Shown here: one piece after another, positions 47,386-60,118 of the stretch
Position numbering within the stretch: position 1 is the first letter of the stretch
Layout of the letters: each line of letters opens with the position of its first letter
Notes under the pieces: generated by a model
Database searches by the model: none
What the model was told of the DNA's origin: nothing
Seen by the model: the letters and a program-made list of their open reading frames with translations, nothing else
Assembly: GCF_009914755.1 (NCBI RefSeq)
Contig: NC_060927.1
Length of the DNA: 64,000 nucleotides
Origin: the human T2T-CHM13v2.0 reference genome, Homo sapiens
Direction: 5' to 3' (one strand)
Translations under genes and position numbers: made by a program

Positions 47386-47716
47386 CCAGGCACAGTAATA
47401 ATCCCTGTATCCTGTAATCACGCCTGTAATCCCAGCACTTTGGGAGGCCAAGGTGGGCGGATCACCTGAGGTCAGGAGTTTGTGACCAGACTGGCCAACA
47501 TGGTGAAACTCCATCTCCATTTAAAAATATAAAAATTAGCCAGGTGTGGTGACGCGTGCCTGTGGTTCCAGCTACTCAGGAGGCTGAGGCAGGAGAATCG
47601 CTTGAACCCAGAAGGCAGAGGTTGCAGTCAGCTGAGATCACACCACTGCACTCCAGCCTAGGCGACAGAGCGAGACTCTGTCTCAAAAAAAAAAAAAAAG
47701 AAAGAAAGAACGAAAA
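47386..47716 (+). mobile_element. AluS
   Basis: Dimer with A tail; TSD aagatcccatg. Confidence 0.9.
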
Positions 47717-47752
47717 GATCCCATGCCCATGGTCTCCACAGACACCCCCAAC

Positions 47753-48051
47753 TTTTTTTTTTTTTTTTTTTTTTTGAGATGGAGTCTCGGCAGGCTGAAG
47801 TGCAGTGGCATGATCTTGGGGCTCACTACAACCTCCGCCTCCCAGGTTCAAGCATTTCTCATGCCTCAGCCTCCCGAGTAGCTGGGATTACAGGCATGTG
47901 CCACCATGCCCAACTAATTTTTTTGTATTTTTAGTGGAGGCAGGGTTTTACCATGTTTCCAGGCTGGTCTCGAACTCCTGGCCTTAAGTGATCCATCCAC
48001 CTCAGCCTCCCTAAGTGTTGGGATTACAGGCGTGAGCCACTGTGCCCGGCC
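47753..48051 (-). mobile_element. AluS
   Basis: Reverse dimer with T tail; TSD ccacagac(a/t)ccc. Confidence 0.9.
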
Positions 48052-50023
48052 CACAGACTCCCTTTTGCCCAGTCCCTGGGGGCAGGGGCTGCGCCGGGGA
48101 GCCTGGGTAGCTGGGAGAGTCAATGGGAAGCAATGCAGGCCCTCTGGGACACAGAGTAGAGCACACAGGAGGATCCAGGCCGGGAAGGCACAGTGGACTC
48201 TTTTCCTTGTTCTCCTCTGCTCTGTCCCCCTTCCCTCCTCCCCTCAGGAGGGAAAGCCTTGGTCTTACGTGGAAAGACGCTGTCAAAACTTCCGCTGGGG
48301 TGGTGTGGAATGAGGGTGTCTCGGGAGCGGATCCTGAGCCTGAGCCATCTCTGGAGGCCACACACTCTTGCCTGCTTGCACCTGGCATCTCCTACCCTGC
48401 TGCCCCCACGCCATGCCTCTTAAGCATAAGAATGCATGCACATATGTGTCCTTGCACACTCACCCAACAGCGACCAGGGTGATGATAAAGGAAGTGATGG
48501 TAGCTTCCCACCCAAAACTCCCTCATCTTGAAGCAGGGAGAGAAGGAAGTCAGGCTCCAGGTAGGAGAAACAACCCCGTGTGTGCCTGAGTACCTACGGA
48601 CCCCACGGCCATTAGCATGGCAGGCCTGCCCCATGGTGCTTAATCATGCACTGCTGCTCCCTCTTCTCTTGGACACATTCCTGCCTGCTGCGTCTGACCC
48701 CCATGGCAGAGCCCATATTTCTCTGGATCCCATAGAGACTTCCAGGGCAGGGCCTGCCAGTGCTCCTGGGTGCAGGGAGCCCCAGAAGTCCAGGCCAACC
48801 CCATGCAGCTTAACTTTTGGCCCTTGCTATATGGAGGCTGGGGGCTGAAGAAGCCAAGAAACATGCAGTCACTAAGGTTGCTGAGTGCTGTCTCTGGGCA
48901 CAGCGATGTCAACACAGGAAACCTGGTCTTCACTGAGTACCTGCTGTGTACCCGGCCCTCACAAGGTGGGAGTCATGTGTGTGGTGGCAGTGGGGAGTGA
49001 TCAGGAGGACAGGACATGGCACTCAAGGGGTGACCTTGCAGCTAGGGAAGGAACAAAAACATACAGGATCTAAGTCTCAATTGCCAAAAAGGATAGCTCC
49101 TGGAAGCCCAGAGACCTGTAGACTCAGGTTTTAGAATTGACAGTGAAGGAAAGGAAGGGTTCAAGGTGGCCCAGGAGCACCCTATACTCATCCTTGAGTC
49201 AGCTGGCCAGTGTCCCAGCAGCTCATTATGTAAGGGCTGAGCCAGCCAAGTTTGCAGAGCAAAGGTCAGAATGGCAAAGATTTATTGGAAAGTCTCCTTG
49301 CACTCATACCCATGAGTGCCCTTTCATGTGGGGACATTTTGTGCTCCTGGAGCACACTGCAGTTGGTCTTGGGTACTTCCTTGGGACAGGGAAGCTGGGC
49401 ACGTGGGCTGGTGGAAGTCTTGGGCTCTGAGTTTCCACCCCTGCATCGGGCTTGGGTATGGCCAGCACTCTGGTTCCTACCCGATTGGCTCCAGAGACCC
49501 AGGAAGCATTCATATGAATCATATAGGTCATGGCTTCATTTTCCCACTCATTTAAAGGTGCCTGGTGCACTCACACCTGCCTCCAGCCTTTGCTCTTACT
49601 GTTTCCTCTGCCTTGAGTGACCTTCCTCCAGATCTTCTCCCCTCCAGTTTCTGCCTGGAAAGCCCTCTTTCCAAGCTTCATTTCCCATGATCTTCACCAC
49701 AAACCCAGGCTTTTGTATGGCACCCAAGGCCGCTGTGAGTGTGAATCTTCAACTGGCCCCTGAGGCACCTGCCAGCAGTAACCAGTGCCCTGCGAATCCC
49801 ACCCTGCAGCCCCTCAGCCTTCCCTAGAGTCAGCCTTGGATGCAGCGGGCTCATTACCTTCAAGCCTTTGCTCAGGCTGTTCCTTCTGCCTGGAGTGCTT
49901 TCTCTGCCTCCTCTGCCTTCCCACCACTGCCCACTAAGGAATTCCTTCTTGCTCTTCCCGGCCCAGCACCAAGGGCACCTTTTTGGTGAAGCCTTCCCTG
50001 CTTTGTTGGCCCTCGCACAGAAA

Positions 50024-50328
50024 TTTTTTTTTTTTTTTTTTTTTGAGGCAGAGTCTCGCTCTGTCACCCAGGCCGGAGTGCAGTGGCATGATATTGGCTC
50101 ACTGCAACCTCTGCCTCCCGGGCTCTAGTGATTCTCGTGCCTCAGCCTCCTGAGTAGCTGAGATTACAGGCATGCGGCACCACGCCCGGCTAATTTTTTG
50201 TATTTAGTAGAGGTGGGGTTTCACCATGTTGGCCAGGCTGATCTCAGACTCCTGACCTCAAATGATCTGCCCTCCTCGGCCTCCCAAAGTGCTGGGAATA
50301 CAGGCATGAGCCACCATATGAAGCCATG
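50024..50328 (-). mobile_element. AluS
   Basis: Reverse dimer with T tail. Confidence 0.9.
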
Positions 50329-52339
50329 CCTTAGATTTTATACAGAGGGCTTGAGGCATGCAAGCTTTCCTGTCCTACCCTAAAATACACCCTGAGGTTA
50401 ACAAATTAAATCATAATAACAAAGCTGGCAATAATCCACTGAGCACTCGCTCTGATCCAGGCACGGTGCTAGGCCCTCCTCTTGTCTACTCTCTATGAGC
50501 CTCTGTTAGCAGCGAGTGGAAGCCAGAGAGGGAAGGTGATGTGCCCAGGGTCACATAGCTGAGTGGCTGAGCTCCCTGCCAGAAGACCAGCCCCCAGTAG
50601 CCCCAGGACACTCCTGACCTTGGCCACCACTTTCAACACCTCCGTAAGAATAGGCCCTTTCACTCATGCATTCTGACTCCCTCAGCGGACTCAGGCTCAG
50701 GGGCTTGGGCTGCCCCTCAGGCATGAGGAGAGGAAGAGGGGACCCTGGAGGGCAGTCACACAGGCATGCAACAGCAGGGAGGCTCCAGCCCAGAACCTCT
50801 GTGTCAGAGGAAAACAGGTACTTGTGGGACTCCCTCCCTTCCTCTGGTGGGCCATGGGCCGAAGTCCAGGTCACCATCTGGTCCCCTGCAAGCAGATCTT
50901 GCAGAATGTCCACCCCGGCTCCAGTTTCCTGAGACGTTGTCCTGGCCACGTCCCTGTCAGAACTGACTACCAGGCAGCAGAGCTGGCCCCAGGGCAGCAT
51001 CCGTCTTCGGCTAGGGAAGGGGCTGAGACCCTCCGCAGGACACGTGAACACACCAGGTCTTGGACTCCTGCCTCAGCGCCCTGCAACAACCTGTGTGGCC
51101 TTGGGCCGGGCTTCACCTGAGCCTCAGTTTCCTCGTCTCTGGGATGGACGGGAATCCCTGCTTTACCCCAGGTGTAGGCAATTAGACAGCAATGAGGTGG
51201 CTGCCCACTCCTGTCCATCCTCCCATCAGACCCTGTGCTCAACCGGCAAGGAAGCCAGGCATCTTCTTCCTCCTCTCCCTTGCTCCATCAGTCAGTCCAT
51301 GTGACCACTGACCGTTGGGTCTTTCATCATCCTCCCATCGTGTTTCAGAGAAGCTGAGCCACCTGCCTGAGGTCACACAGTTAGAGCAGGCTGAGCCAGG
51401 AGGAGAAGCCTGCAGCCTGGGCACACCTGCCTCTGAAGCCACCAGGTTTTCGTCCTGACCTTCGTCCAGCCTCGCACAGACGTCGGGCCTGGCCCTGCTA
51501 CCTGGCCTTGGGCTTGCCTCCCTGAGCCTTGACTTCCTCAACTGTAAACTGGGGTTGCTCTTACTCTGCAGGTTGTCCTGATAGGCAGTTTTTAATCACT
51601 CAGCCTCTCCCTGGTAGCAGAGGTAAATTAGTATCTACTGTCCCATCACCTTTTCTGGGTAGCTGCAGCCACAGAGACCGAGAGGGGCAAGGCCCTGCCA
51701 GGATCCTGCAGCCAGTCAGAGGCATGGCTGAGCAGGCCTCTACCTGAGGGTCCAGCGTCTCCGCAGGCTCACTGGCATTGTGTGTGTCCACCGAGGGCCC
51801 GTGGAAGCCTCAGTGTTGCCACAACTCACTACCTGGACACAAACTTGCTCACTAATGTTTGCCCAGGCCTACCCTAGCCTGGTAGGCACTTCAGCGCTTA
51901 GCCTTCTTCCAGAAGTTTCACCCTACACCCACCTGGGCCCCCTGGCAGACAAGATCTGGGAAGCTGGCCTGCCCCTCAGCTTCTAGGGTTCCCTCAAAGC
52001 TGGGGATAGCCAGGGGACCTGGATCAGTGGTGGTGTGGGGTTGAGGCAATCCAGGGGAGGCACATTTGGGGGACAGTCAGTGATACCAGCTCCCACGTGA
52101 AGGACAGGGATGTAGGAGGCATCCTGATGTCCCCGGTCATCCCCTGCCCTCACTTCCTCCTGGTAACCCTATTCTGTCTTCCTCAGTGAACTGGGAGATG
52201 AAATGGAGCATCAGACTGTGGCTTGGCAGCCACACATAGATGGGTGGGGAGGCAGAGGGAGGAAGGAGGTCTTGGATTGTGTTGTGGGATGAAAAACACA
52301 CATTGCCCTCATGTCGGAGCACTACCTAACCTGGCTTAA

Positions 52340-52860
52340 GAGGTTAGCCAGGGAGGCTTCCTGGAGGAGGAGGTAACTAAGCTAGAATCTACCAGAAGAC
52401 TGAGAGGAGTTAGCTAGGCATGGTGTGCTAAGCAGAGGGAAGGGCATGGGCAAAGGCCCAGGGGTGAGAAGTTGAAGGATGTTGTCTGGTAGGAACTGGA
52501 AGACGTTCCTATTCCTGGAGTTCTGGGCTGGCAGGGGGACAGGCGGCAGAGGCTAAGTCACACTGGGCCAGGTGGCCACAGTAGAAGTTTGACCTTTATT
52601 CTGAGAGATCCATGGTCAGCCTCAGGGCTGGGGAGTGAGTAGTCCTTGACACTTTAGGAGGATTATGTGGCTGCTGTGAAGGAAAAGAATTGCTGGAGGT
52701 GGGGAGGTGGTATTCTGAACAGAGGAGACCATCACAGATGGCCAGACAAGGGACACTGGAAGCCCAGGCCAAGGTGATGGCATGGGGACAAACAAATGAA
52801 TTCAGAAGTCAGGATGGGGAGTGTGAGGCACCAAGGGGAGAGAGATCTGTGCAAGATTCT
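52340..52860 (-). mobile_element. L2 fragment
   Basis: cagggaggcttcctggaggaggagg...ggcaaaggcccagggg...tttattctgag pattern. Confidence 0.55.
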
Positions 52861-55139
52861 GCGGTGAGCTGGGGCCTGGCTGGGGTGCAGAACATCGTGT
52901 GTGCAGAAGGTTGATAGTGGGTCCAGGGCAGAAGGCTGCCCAGCGCAGGCCCACTGGGATCCTGCCCAGGGGCTGGGAATCCTTTCCCCTCCCACCCTCT
53001 CTCAGAGAAAGGCTTTGGCCCGAGGGAAGAAAGTTCATTTTTTCTTCCTTTGCACCATGGCTATGCTGTGCACACCCACAGAGCACACCCACGGAGGCTG
53101 TGGTTCCGCTGCTGCCTGCCTTCTCCAGAGTCTGGGGAGTGGGGGAAGCTTCCTTGGGGCCTTCTCCTCCGGATTCCAGTGGCTTGGTGTGGGTGGGGTG
53201 GGAGGAGGGTGCTTGAGGAACAGGAGGGAAGACTTGGCATTTCCATTACCCCCCTTGCCTCCAAGTATCCCCTACCACTGACACACATACACATCAGCTG
53301 GCACCTAGGAGCACACACCTGAACCCAAAGTCAGATTCCACAGAGTACTCCCGCCACAGCCCCTGCAGCCCAGCACTCAAACCCACTGGCACTTCCCCCA
53401 AGTCTCCCCATGCAGCCCTCCAGCTCTCCCTCCAGAGAGGTACCCTAGGGTTGGAGCAGCCCACACACCAGGGAGCCACCCTTCCCCTCCAGCAGACAGA
53501 CCAGCAGGTCTTCTCTAGCAACATGAGGGTGCTAGGGCAGACATCAGCATGAACTTCCCAGATATCCAGGTTGTAAAACACGAGGGCAAGTTGAAATTCT
53601 AGTTCATCATTTTCACAAGGCCCCCCGGCTGTGTCCCAGACCTTCTCCATACCTGGAGACCCCTGTGATCCTGGGCCTGGTACCTGAAGCTGAGGACTCA
53701 GTTCCAGTGCCCACCCTAGCACAACTATTAATAAATGTCAGAAGCTGGCAGGAATCCCCGCTCCACTGGCCTAGAGTGGAGGTGTAAGAGGCCCTGCATG
53801 GGGCCCACCTGAGGGCTTAGATTCAGTACCCCAGCCCTTGACCCAAATTCCACCGCTTACTCAGAAATCCCAGCCTTCTCCCTGCCCCCTACTGCCCTGG
53901 GATGCCTGCCCAGTACCCACGGGCCCTGAGGGGCTGCCCTGGGAACTGGCTGTGTTTCCGGCCCCAAGGCCTCACCATTACTGCTGCCCAGGCCTGCCCA
54001 GTGGCCTGGCCGCCTGCCTAGCCACTGTGGCCAAGATGGCCACAGCCTGTGCCCACAGAAGCCTGCAGGCAGAGGCAGGGCCCAGGCATGTGAAGGTGGT
54101 GGGGTGGGCAGAGCCTGAGGGTGAGACTCACCTCCCTGGGGAGGCTCCTCCCCTGCCAATTTCTGCCTCTGCCCACTGCAGGCTGCTGGGCATCAGGGGA
54201 GGAGCTCCCCTGGCATGTCTCTGCTAGGGGAGCTCATGGTCTGGGGGAGATGGACATGAACAGCCCAGCTGCCTATTTCTAGTACTGGGCACAGAAATGG
54301 GCACTCTGCTTCCAACATTTCAATTTATCTTCAGAGCAGCCCCAAGGCCTGGAGATTTTACAGATGAAGAAACTGAGGCTGAGAGAGGGCTGGCACTTGC
54401 TCCAGGTCACACAGCCAGTCAGCATGGGGGCTGCATGCTAGTTCTTCCCACTCTGAAGCCTCTGCAGTAGACAGTGTGGAGTTGGGGGGCTTACAGGAAG
54501 CAGAGGATGCCTCTGGTTAGGGGCAGGGATCTGGGAGCCTCCCTGGAGGACAGTTTGCAGGAGGACCATTTGCATGGGACCTCATCAAATGGCTAGAGCT
54601 TAATGGAAAGGCATTCCAAGGCAAAGCACAACCTGAGCAGAGGCTTGGTGGGGAGGCTTCGATGGGCAGTGGCAGGGGGAGTGTAGGTGGGTGGCAGAAG
54701 TGCCCTCGTGCCCAGGGCCTCTCATATCACTGGAGGACTTGGGGTGGAGGGTGCTGGGTGCTCAGCCTCTGCCGGTCCAACTGGCCCAACCACTTCTCTC
54801 TGGCACTGCCCACTGTCCCTGCTCACAGCTCTGCCAAGAGTTGTTGGCAAACCCTGGGTGAAGTCTGGGTCAGGGGCCTAGGATTCCTCCAATCCCTGTC
54901 CCAGGGCAAGGATTAGGGAGTCCTGAGCCCCAGGCTGCTCTGCTCAGTCTTGGAAGGCCTCACGCAACCCCCTTCACAAAGCCTGCCCGATTGTGTCCTC
55001 AAGGGACAATTTATAGCATGCAATGACAGTGCGGAGGGCAGGTCTGTCTGGGGAGATGAAACGACCTGTGCGATTACAGGAGATTCCTACTTTCCTCGGT
55101 AAACTTGTCTCTGTCTTCCTTGCTTTAATAGAAAATGTA

Positions 55140-55176
<37 letters not shown>

Positions 55177-55409
55177 GAACAGCCAATGTGTGTGGCTACT
55201 TTTCCAGGTTTCGGTGACTCTCCCTCTTCCCCTCTCATCCCATATCCAGCCCCCAGTCCTCAAGGTCTTCTCAGAGGTTCCCACTAGGAGGCCGGCTGCA
55301 GTGCCCTGGACGACCCTCACACCCAGGACCTCAGTTGCTCCATCCAAGGAATGGGCGAGCTCAGGTCTTCCTGACTTTCCTGGAGAACAAAGAGGGTGAG
55401 GAGGCGAAA

Positions 55410-55720
55410 GGGCCTCCCGGCGCCTGGAGCCAGGTGGCTGCCGGACCCGGGAATAGAGCCGGGTGTTTTATAGCGGGGTTTGCGTCACGCGGCTGGGCGG
55501 GCGTCTGCGCCCCCGGCTCGGAAAGGCTTCCCTGAGGCGGGGCGGGGCGGGGCGGGGCGGGGCGGGAGGGTGGGGCCCGGGGGACTTTGTGCTGGTGCAC
55601 GGGGGTCGCGCCGACTGGCGTGTACGTGGTTGTGCGGTGGGTATGGAGGTGTGTGCACGGCGCGGGGGACCCTGCTGTGCCTGCAGTCAGTCCTTCCCAG
55701 CCTGCCAACCTCGAGCAGCC
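55410..55720. promoter_or_regulatory. Small CpG-rich promoter-like element about 4.6 kb upstream of PRKCD exon 1
   Basis: (GGCGG)6 at 55536-55565; minus-strand TGACGCAA (55480-55487) and TATAAAA (55466-55472); local CpG enrichment. Confidence 0.65.
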
Positions 55721-57935
55721 GCCTTTCAGCTCAGGGCCACCCCCTACACTGTTTCCCATGGGCCAAGCTAGGTTTGGTGAGCTGTCCTCTGAGGATGTGG
55801 GGGATGAGGGGCTGAGAGGTGGGAGCGGGGAGCTGAGGCACCCTCAGGCCAGGGAGCGAAAGGAAAGGCAGGTGAGGCTTATAGCCCTCCCTGCCCTGCT
55901 AAGCCCCATGAGCCTCCCAGTAGGGACCCCGTAGATTAGAGCTAAATGGGTGCCGGGGATGGGGGCGGTGGAGGAGAGCTGGGAGGTCCCCTGGACTCCG
56001 TGCGAGGGGATAGCTCTTGCTGATGACTGTCCCAACACCAGTGCCCCTTCTCCCCACCTACATACATGTTTGGGGGCAGGGGCAGAGGAGCCAGGGAAGG
56101 GGACTCAGGCTGGCAGGGGCTGTGCCATGGTCAGTGCAGAGAAGGGACAGTCCAGGGTACACACCCCTGGGAGAGCCACAGGAAAGCCCTGTGTTCTGCA
56201 CTCCCAGGACACACCTTCCCCTTGTCTACCCCCAAGTATGTCTCAGGTTTCACCCAAACACAAATGTGTTGAGGAAGGAACATGGAGGCAATTAGCCCAG
56301 CCTCACCAACTCTCTGCCTGGCAGGTAACACCAACATGGGATGAACTTGAACTCTTCCATCCTCTCAGCCTCAGGAGGTCGATCTTAACCAAACACCACT
56401 CCACAGATGAGGAAGCTGAGGCACATTTAAGTTGCAGTGCAGGGCAGAGCCAGGATGCGAACCAGCCCCTGGGCTGGCACTTCCCTGCTGTGCAGCACTA
56501 CCCACAAGGCCACTGTCCCCCTCAGCCTGTCCTTGCTTGTCCTTAACCTAGTACCTGAGGCTGACACTCCTGTCGATGACAGTCTTGGTGGCCTGAGGCA
56601 TGGGCATGTCCCAAGTGTCCTTCCTACTACACTGTCCCCAGTGGGAACCTCCCAGGCTCTGCTGCCCCCAGCAATTGCCCAGGTGCACTGTCGCTGTTGA
56701 CTGTGTCTCCTGCTCCAGAAACACAAGCCCACTCTCTCTTGGCCAGGCCAGTGCTCTGGGTGTGATGGGGATTGCCGTGGCAACCAAAGCTTCAGGGACA
56801 AGGATGGTGACACAGAGAGACAGAGAGAAGGTGCAAAAAGCAGAAATGCCAGGACAAGGACCAACTCTTGGCAGGGATCAAGTGAGGGACCCCATTTGCC
56901 TTCAGCTGTGTGGGCCTCAGGGACAGAGGGAGGCCTTTTCCAGGTTGCTTGGCCGAGTCTTGGACTTCAGGAGTGGAGGAGTCTGGAGGCCTCCCAGGGT
57001 TGATGGCCTTTGGAGGAGGCAGAGGTGGCAGGGGTCAAGTTGCTTCTCCTCTGGATAAATCCTCCAGGAGGCCCACAGAAGGAACAGCCCTGGGTGGATG
57101 CTGTGGGTGGGAGTCTGGAAGCTGCCTGGCACCACCCTAGCCCATCTCCTTGGCTGCAAACCTGGAGGAGGAGGAAAGTATCACCTCTAGGCAGCTGCTA
57201 TGAGTCTAGCCCTGCTCAGGGATTTACGCCCCATGTCAGGAGAGGCCATTGAAGCCTCTTTCAAGGCTGACAGCCTGTGACTTGGCACATGACCAGGCTG
57301 TAACCCTGGGCAATGTGTCTAGCCTGGCCGAGGCTCTGTATATATCATCTCATTTAACTCTTACCACCTCATTCAACTCCTGACATGAGTCTGTCATCAG
57401 CCCTTTTCATAGGTGAGAACTCTGAAGCTGGGAGAGGCATGGTCACCTACTCAGGGTCATACAGTTGGCATGTGACACAGCCAAGGTTTGCTCTCAGGCT
57501 TCAGCAGGCCCTTCTTGTTGATGCAAGGCAGATTATGGGGACACAGATACCAGCTCATCTGGACCCTGCCCTGGCCCACCAGTGTGGCACCCAGAAGCAG
57601 CTCCAAGATGCAGGGTGGTTCTAGTCAAGCTTGGCCTGGATTCTCTGGACCTCATGCAAACCTATTCTCCCTGGAACCCTTGGACCTAAGGCCTGGAGGG
57701 AAGCCCACCTTCATCCCTTCTCTGCCCTCGCCACAGCATAGCTAGCACAGCCTTAGCCCCTCTGACCCTCTCTGAGTACATCGCACTTCCCCTTTCTCTA
57801 GAGGAGAAAGATTGGCTGAAGCCAGTGTATGCTTGCAGCCCCTGAGCTCACAAGTCTGCATATCCTGAGGATCAGGAAAGTGCTTCCTGTTGTCTAATGT
57901 AAATCTTGTTCCTGTAACACCAGTATATGTCAAAG

Positions 57936-58152
57936 CAGTGATTCTCAACAAGGGGTAATTTTGCCCTGCAGCAGACATTTGGCAATGTTTGGAGACATTT
58001 TTGTCTGTCACAAGTTAAAGCAGGGAGGTACTATTGGCATCCACTAGGCAGAGGCCAGGGATGCTGCTCAACATCCTTACAGTGCACAGGGCAGCCCCCA
58101 CAGCAAAGAATCATCTGTCCCAAAGGTCAGTGGTGCTGAAATTGAGATCCCT
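57936..58152 (+). mobile_element. MER20 DNA transposon (MIR follows at about 58160-58390)
   Basis: cagtgattctcaac...gacatttggcaatgtttggagacattttt...gatgctgctcaacatcc. Confidence 0.88.
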
Positions 58153-60018
58153 GATGTAAACTATGGGCTTTGGAGCCAGACAGACCTCGGTCTGAATCTG
58201 CGTCTGCCACTGACTAGCTGTGTACTCTGGGGCAAGTCGCTTCTCCTTTCTCTGAGCCTCAGTTTGCTCATCACCAAAACTGGCACTAACAGCAGCCCTC
58301 ACCTCTTGAGAACTGTTCAGACTGCCCACATCCAGCACCCAGCACACAGCCTGGTGCTGGGTAGCCCCTATCAGCGATAGCCATGATTATTCATTTCCTT
58401 CTTCCATGGTGAACCACACGGAGTGGGAACAAAGGTCTGGTGGCTGGACCTGGAGCTCCTCAAGGGTCAGTCCTCCCTCTGGCTGCAGTCCCTGGCACAG
58501 GGTGGGCCTATTGTTTATGTTGAGGGAGAGACTGGGTTGGCTTACTGTGGACCTGAAGGAGGAGCCAGAAGGAAACCCGATCCCAAGTGGGCAAAGGTCA
58601 CTTGAGGCTCACCTTGTTTACCCTTTCCTCCAGTCCAACCCCAGGGAAGCCATGGGGCATGATGGGTGGGGTGGGATGGGATCAGGACACAGAACATGCT
58701 AATGAATATGGTCCTTCACTCAGGGAAGTGCCGTGCATTACAACTGGGCATCAGGGAGGAGGGACATTTGAATGGACACAACCAGGGCAGGTAGAGGTTT
58801 GGGGGTGGGGTGGGAAATGGCATTCAGGCCCAGAGAACAGCATGCTCAAGGCCTGGGTGTGAAGAGAAAGTCTTTCCCAAAGGATAGTCCTTGAACCCAC
58901 CTGGTCTGGCCTTTTCTCCCCATCCATCTTCCGCAATCTCAACCAGGGTCCTCCCACCTGAACAACGTGGCAGCCCTTCTGTCCCCCATCCAGCCTCTCC
59001 TCTGCCCTGCTGTCCCTCTGCCCCATCTATCCCGCAGGAGCCCCCTTGAGCCTGTCATCCTGCCTGGTTGTAATAGCTTTCACCACCTTCTCATTGCTCT
59101 GTGAGAAGACCAAAGTCCAATGGCCTGTCTCTGTCACAAGCCCCTTTCTCAGCTCAGGCCACCTCAGGGATTGTCCCCCACTTCCATCCCTTGTGTCTCA
59201 GCTGGGAAGAGCTGTCTAGACTTTCTCTATCCCTTCTAGGTGGTTCCCCAGGACCTGGAACCCTCTTTTTTGTCTCCTGGGAAGTGACATTTCTTTGGAT
59301 GAGTATAAGGCTAATGTCTTGGCTTTCTGAGCTCTGGGGACAGGGGAATGGACTCCCTAGAACCCCAACTGGTCCCTAGACTTTGAGCCTAGGGGACACT
59401 CGGTGAATAGATGAATGAGTGAATGAATGAATGAAGGAGTTATGGCTGACAACCAAGTTCCATGTCTGGAAAGGAGGCTCAGGCGCCTGCCAGGAGCAAT
59501 AGAGAGGTCTCAAAGGTGGGGGCAGGAAAGCAGAAGACTGCCAATCGGGGTAGGGGCAACTGCCAGTCCGAGTAGGGGCAGTTCCCAGAACCGCCTGAGG
59601 AGCAGTGCAGCGCCCGACCAGCGAGAACCTCCGACCCTGGAGTCTAACCAGCTCAGTCTTTGGGGCAGAGCCGGGACAGCGGGCTTGGCGGCGGGCACCG
59701 CGCCCGGCCGCGTCCGAGCTCCAGCCAACAGGAAGAGCAGGAGTGGGGCCAGGAGAGGCGGGCCAGCTGGCCAGTGGGGAGTCCCGGGCGTGGGTGTGGG
59801 GAGCGGGGGAACCCCCGCCGGCCCCTCCCAGGCCCCAGCGGGCGGAGGGAGCCTCCCCACCGGGCCTCAGCGTCCTCCTCTGTAAAATGGGCCCCTTCTG
59901 AGGGCTGGCTGCGCGCTAATGGCGGGAGGATGCGAAGAGGGCCAGGCAGGGCAGAGGGACCGGGAGACTCGGTGTCCCGCGCAGGCAGAGGCGGAGGGAC
60001 GCTGTCCCCGATTGCAGC

Positions 60019-60080
60019 TGGCGGGGCGAGGCCTGGCAGGGCGAGGCCTGGCGGGGGCGGGGCCTGGCGGGGGCGGGGCC
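60019..60080 (+). repeat. Four-copy 15-16-bp GC-box minisatellite
   Basis: tggcggggcgaggcc / tggcagggcgaggcc / tggcgggggcggggcc / tggcgggggcggggcc. Confidence 0.9.
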
Positions 60081-60118
60081 GGCGGCACCTGGGTGAGGTC
60101 GCTCGGCCCCGCCCCCTC

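Noticed and set aside
55144-55170. Orphan T27 as a retrocopy tail
   Set aside because: No convincing target-site duplication on the flanks; kept only as an internal-priming caveat
55950-56546. 198-aa plus-strand ORF upstream of PRKCD
   Set aside because: Non-ATG start, no domain resemblance, and it runs into MIR-like sequence
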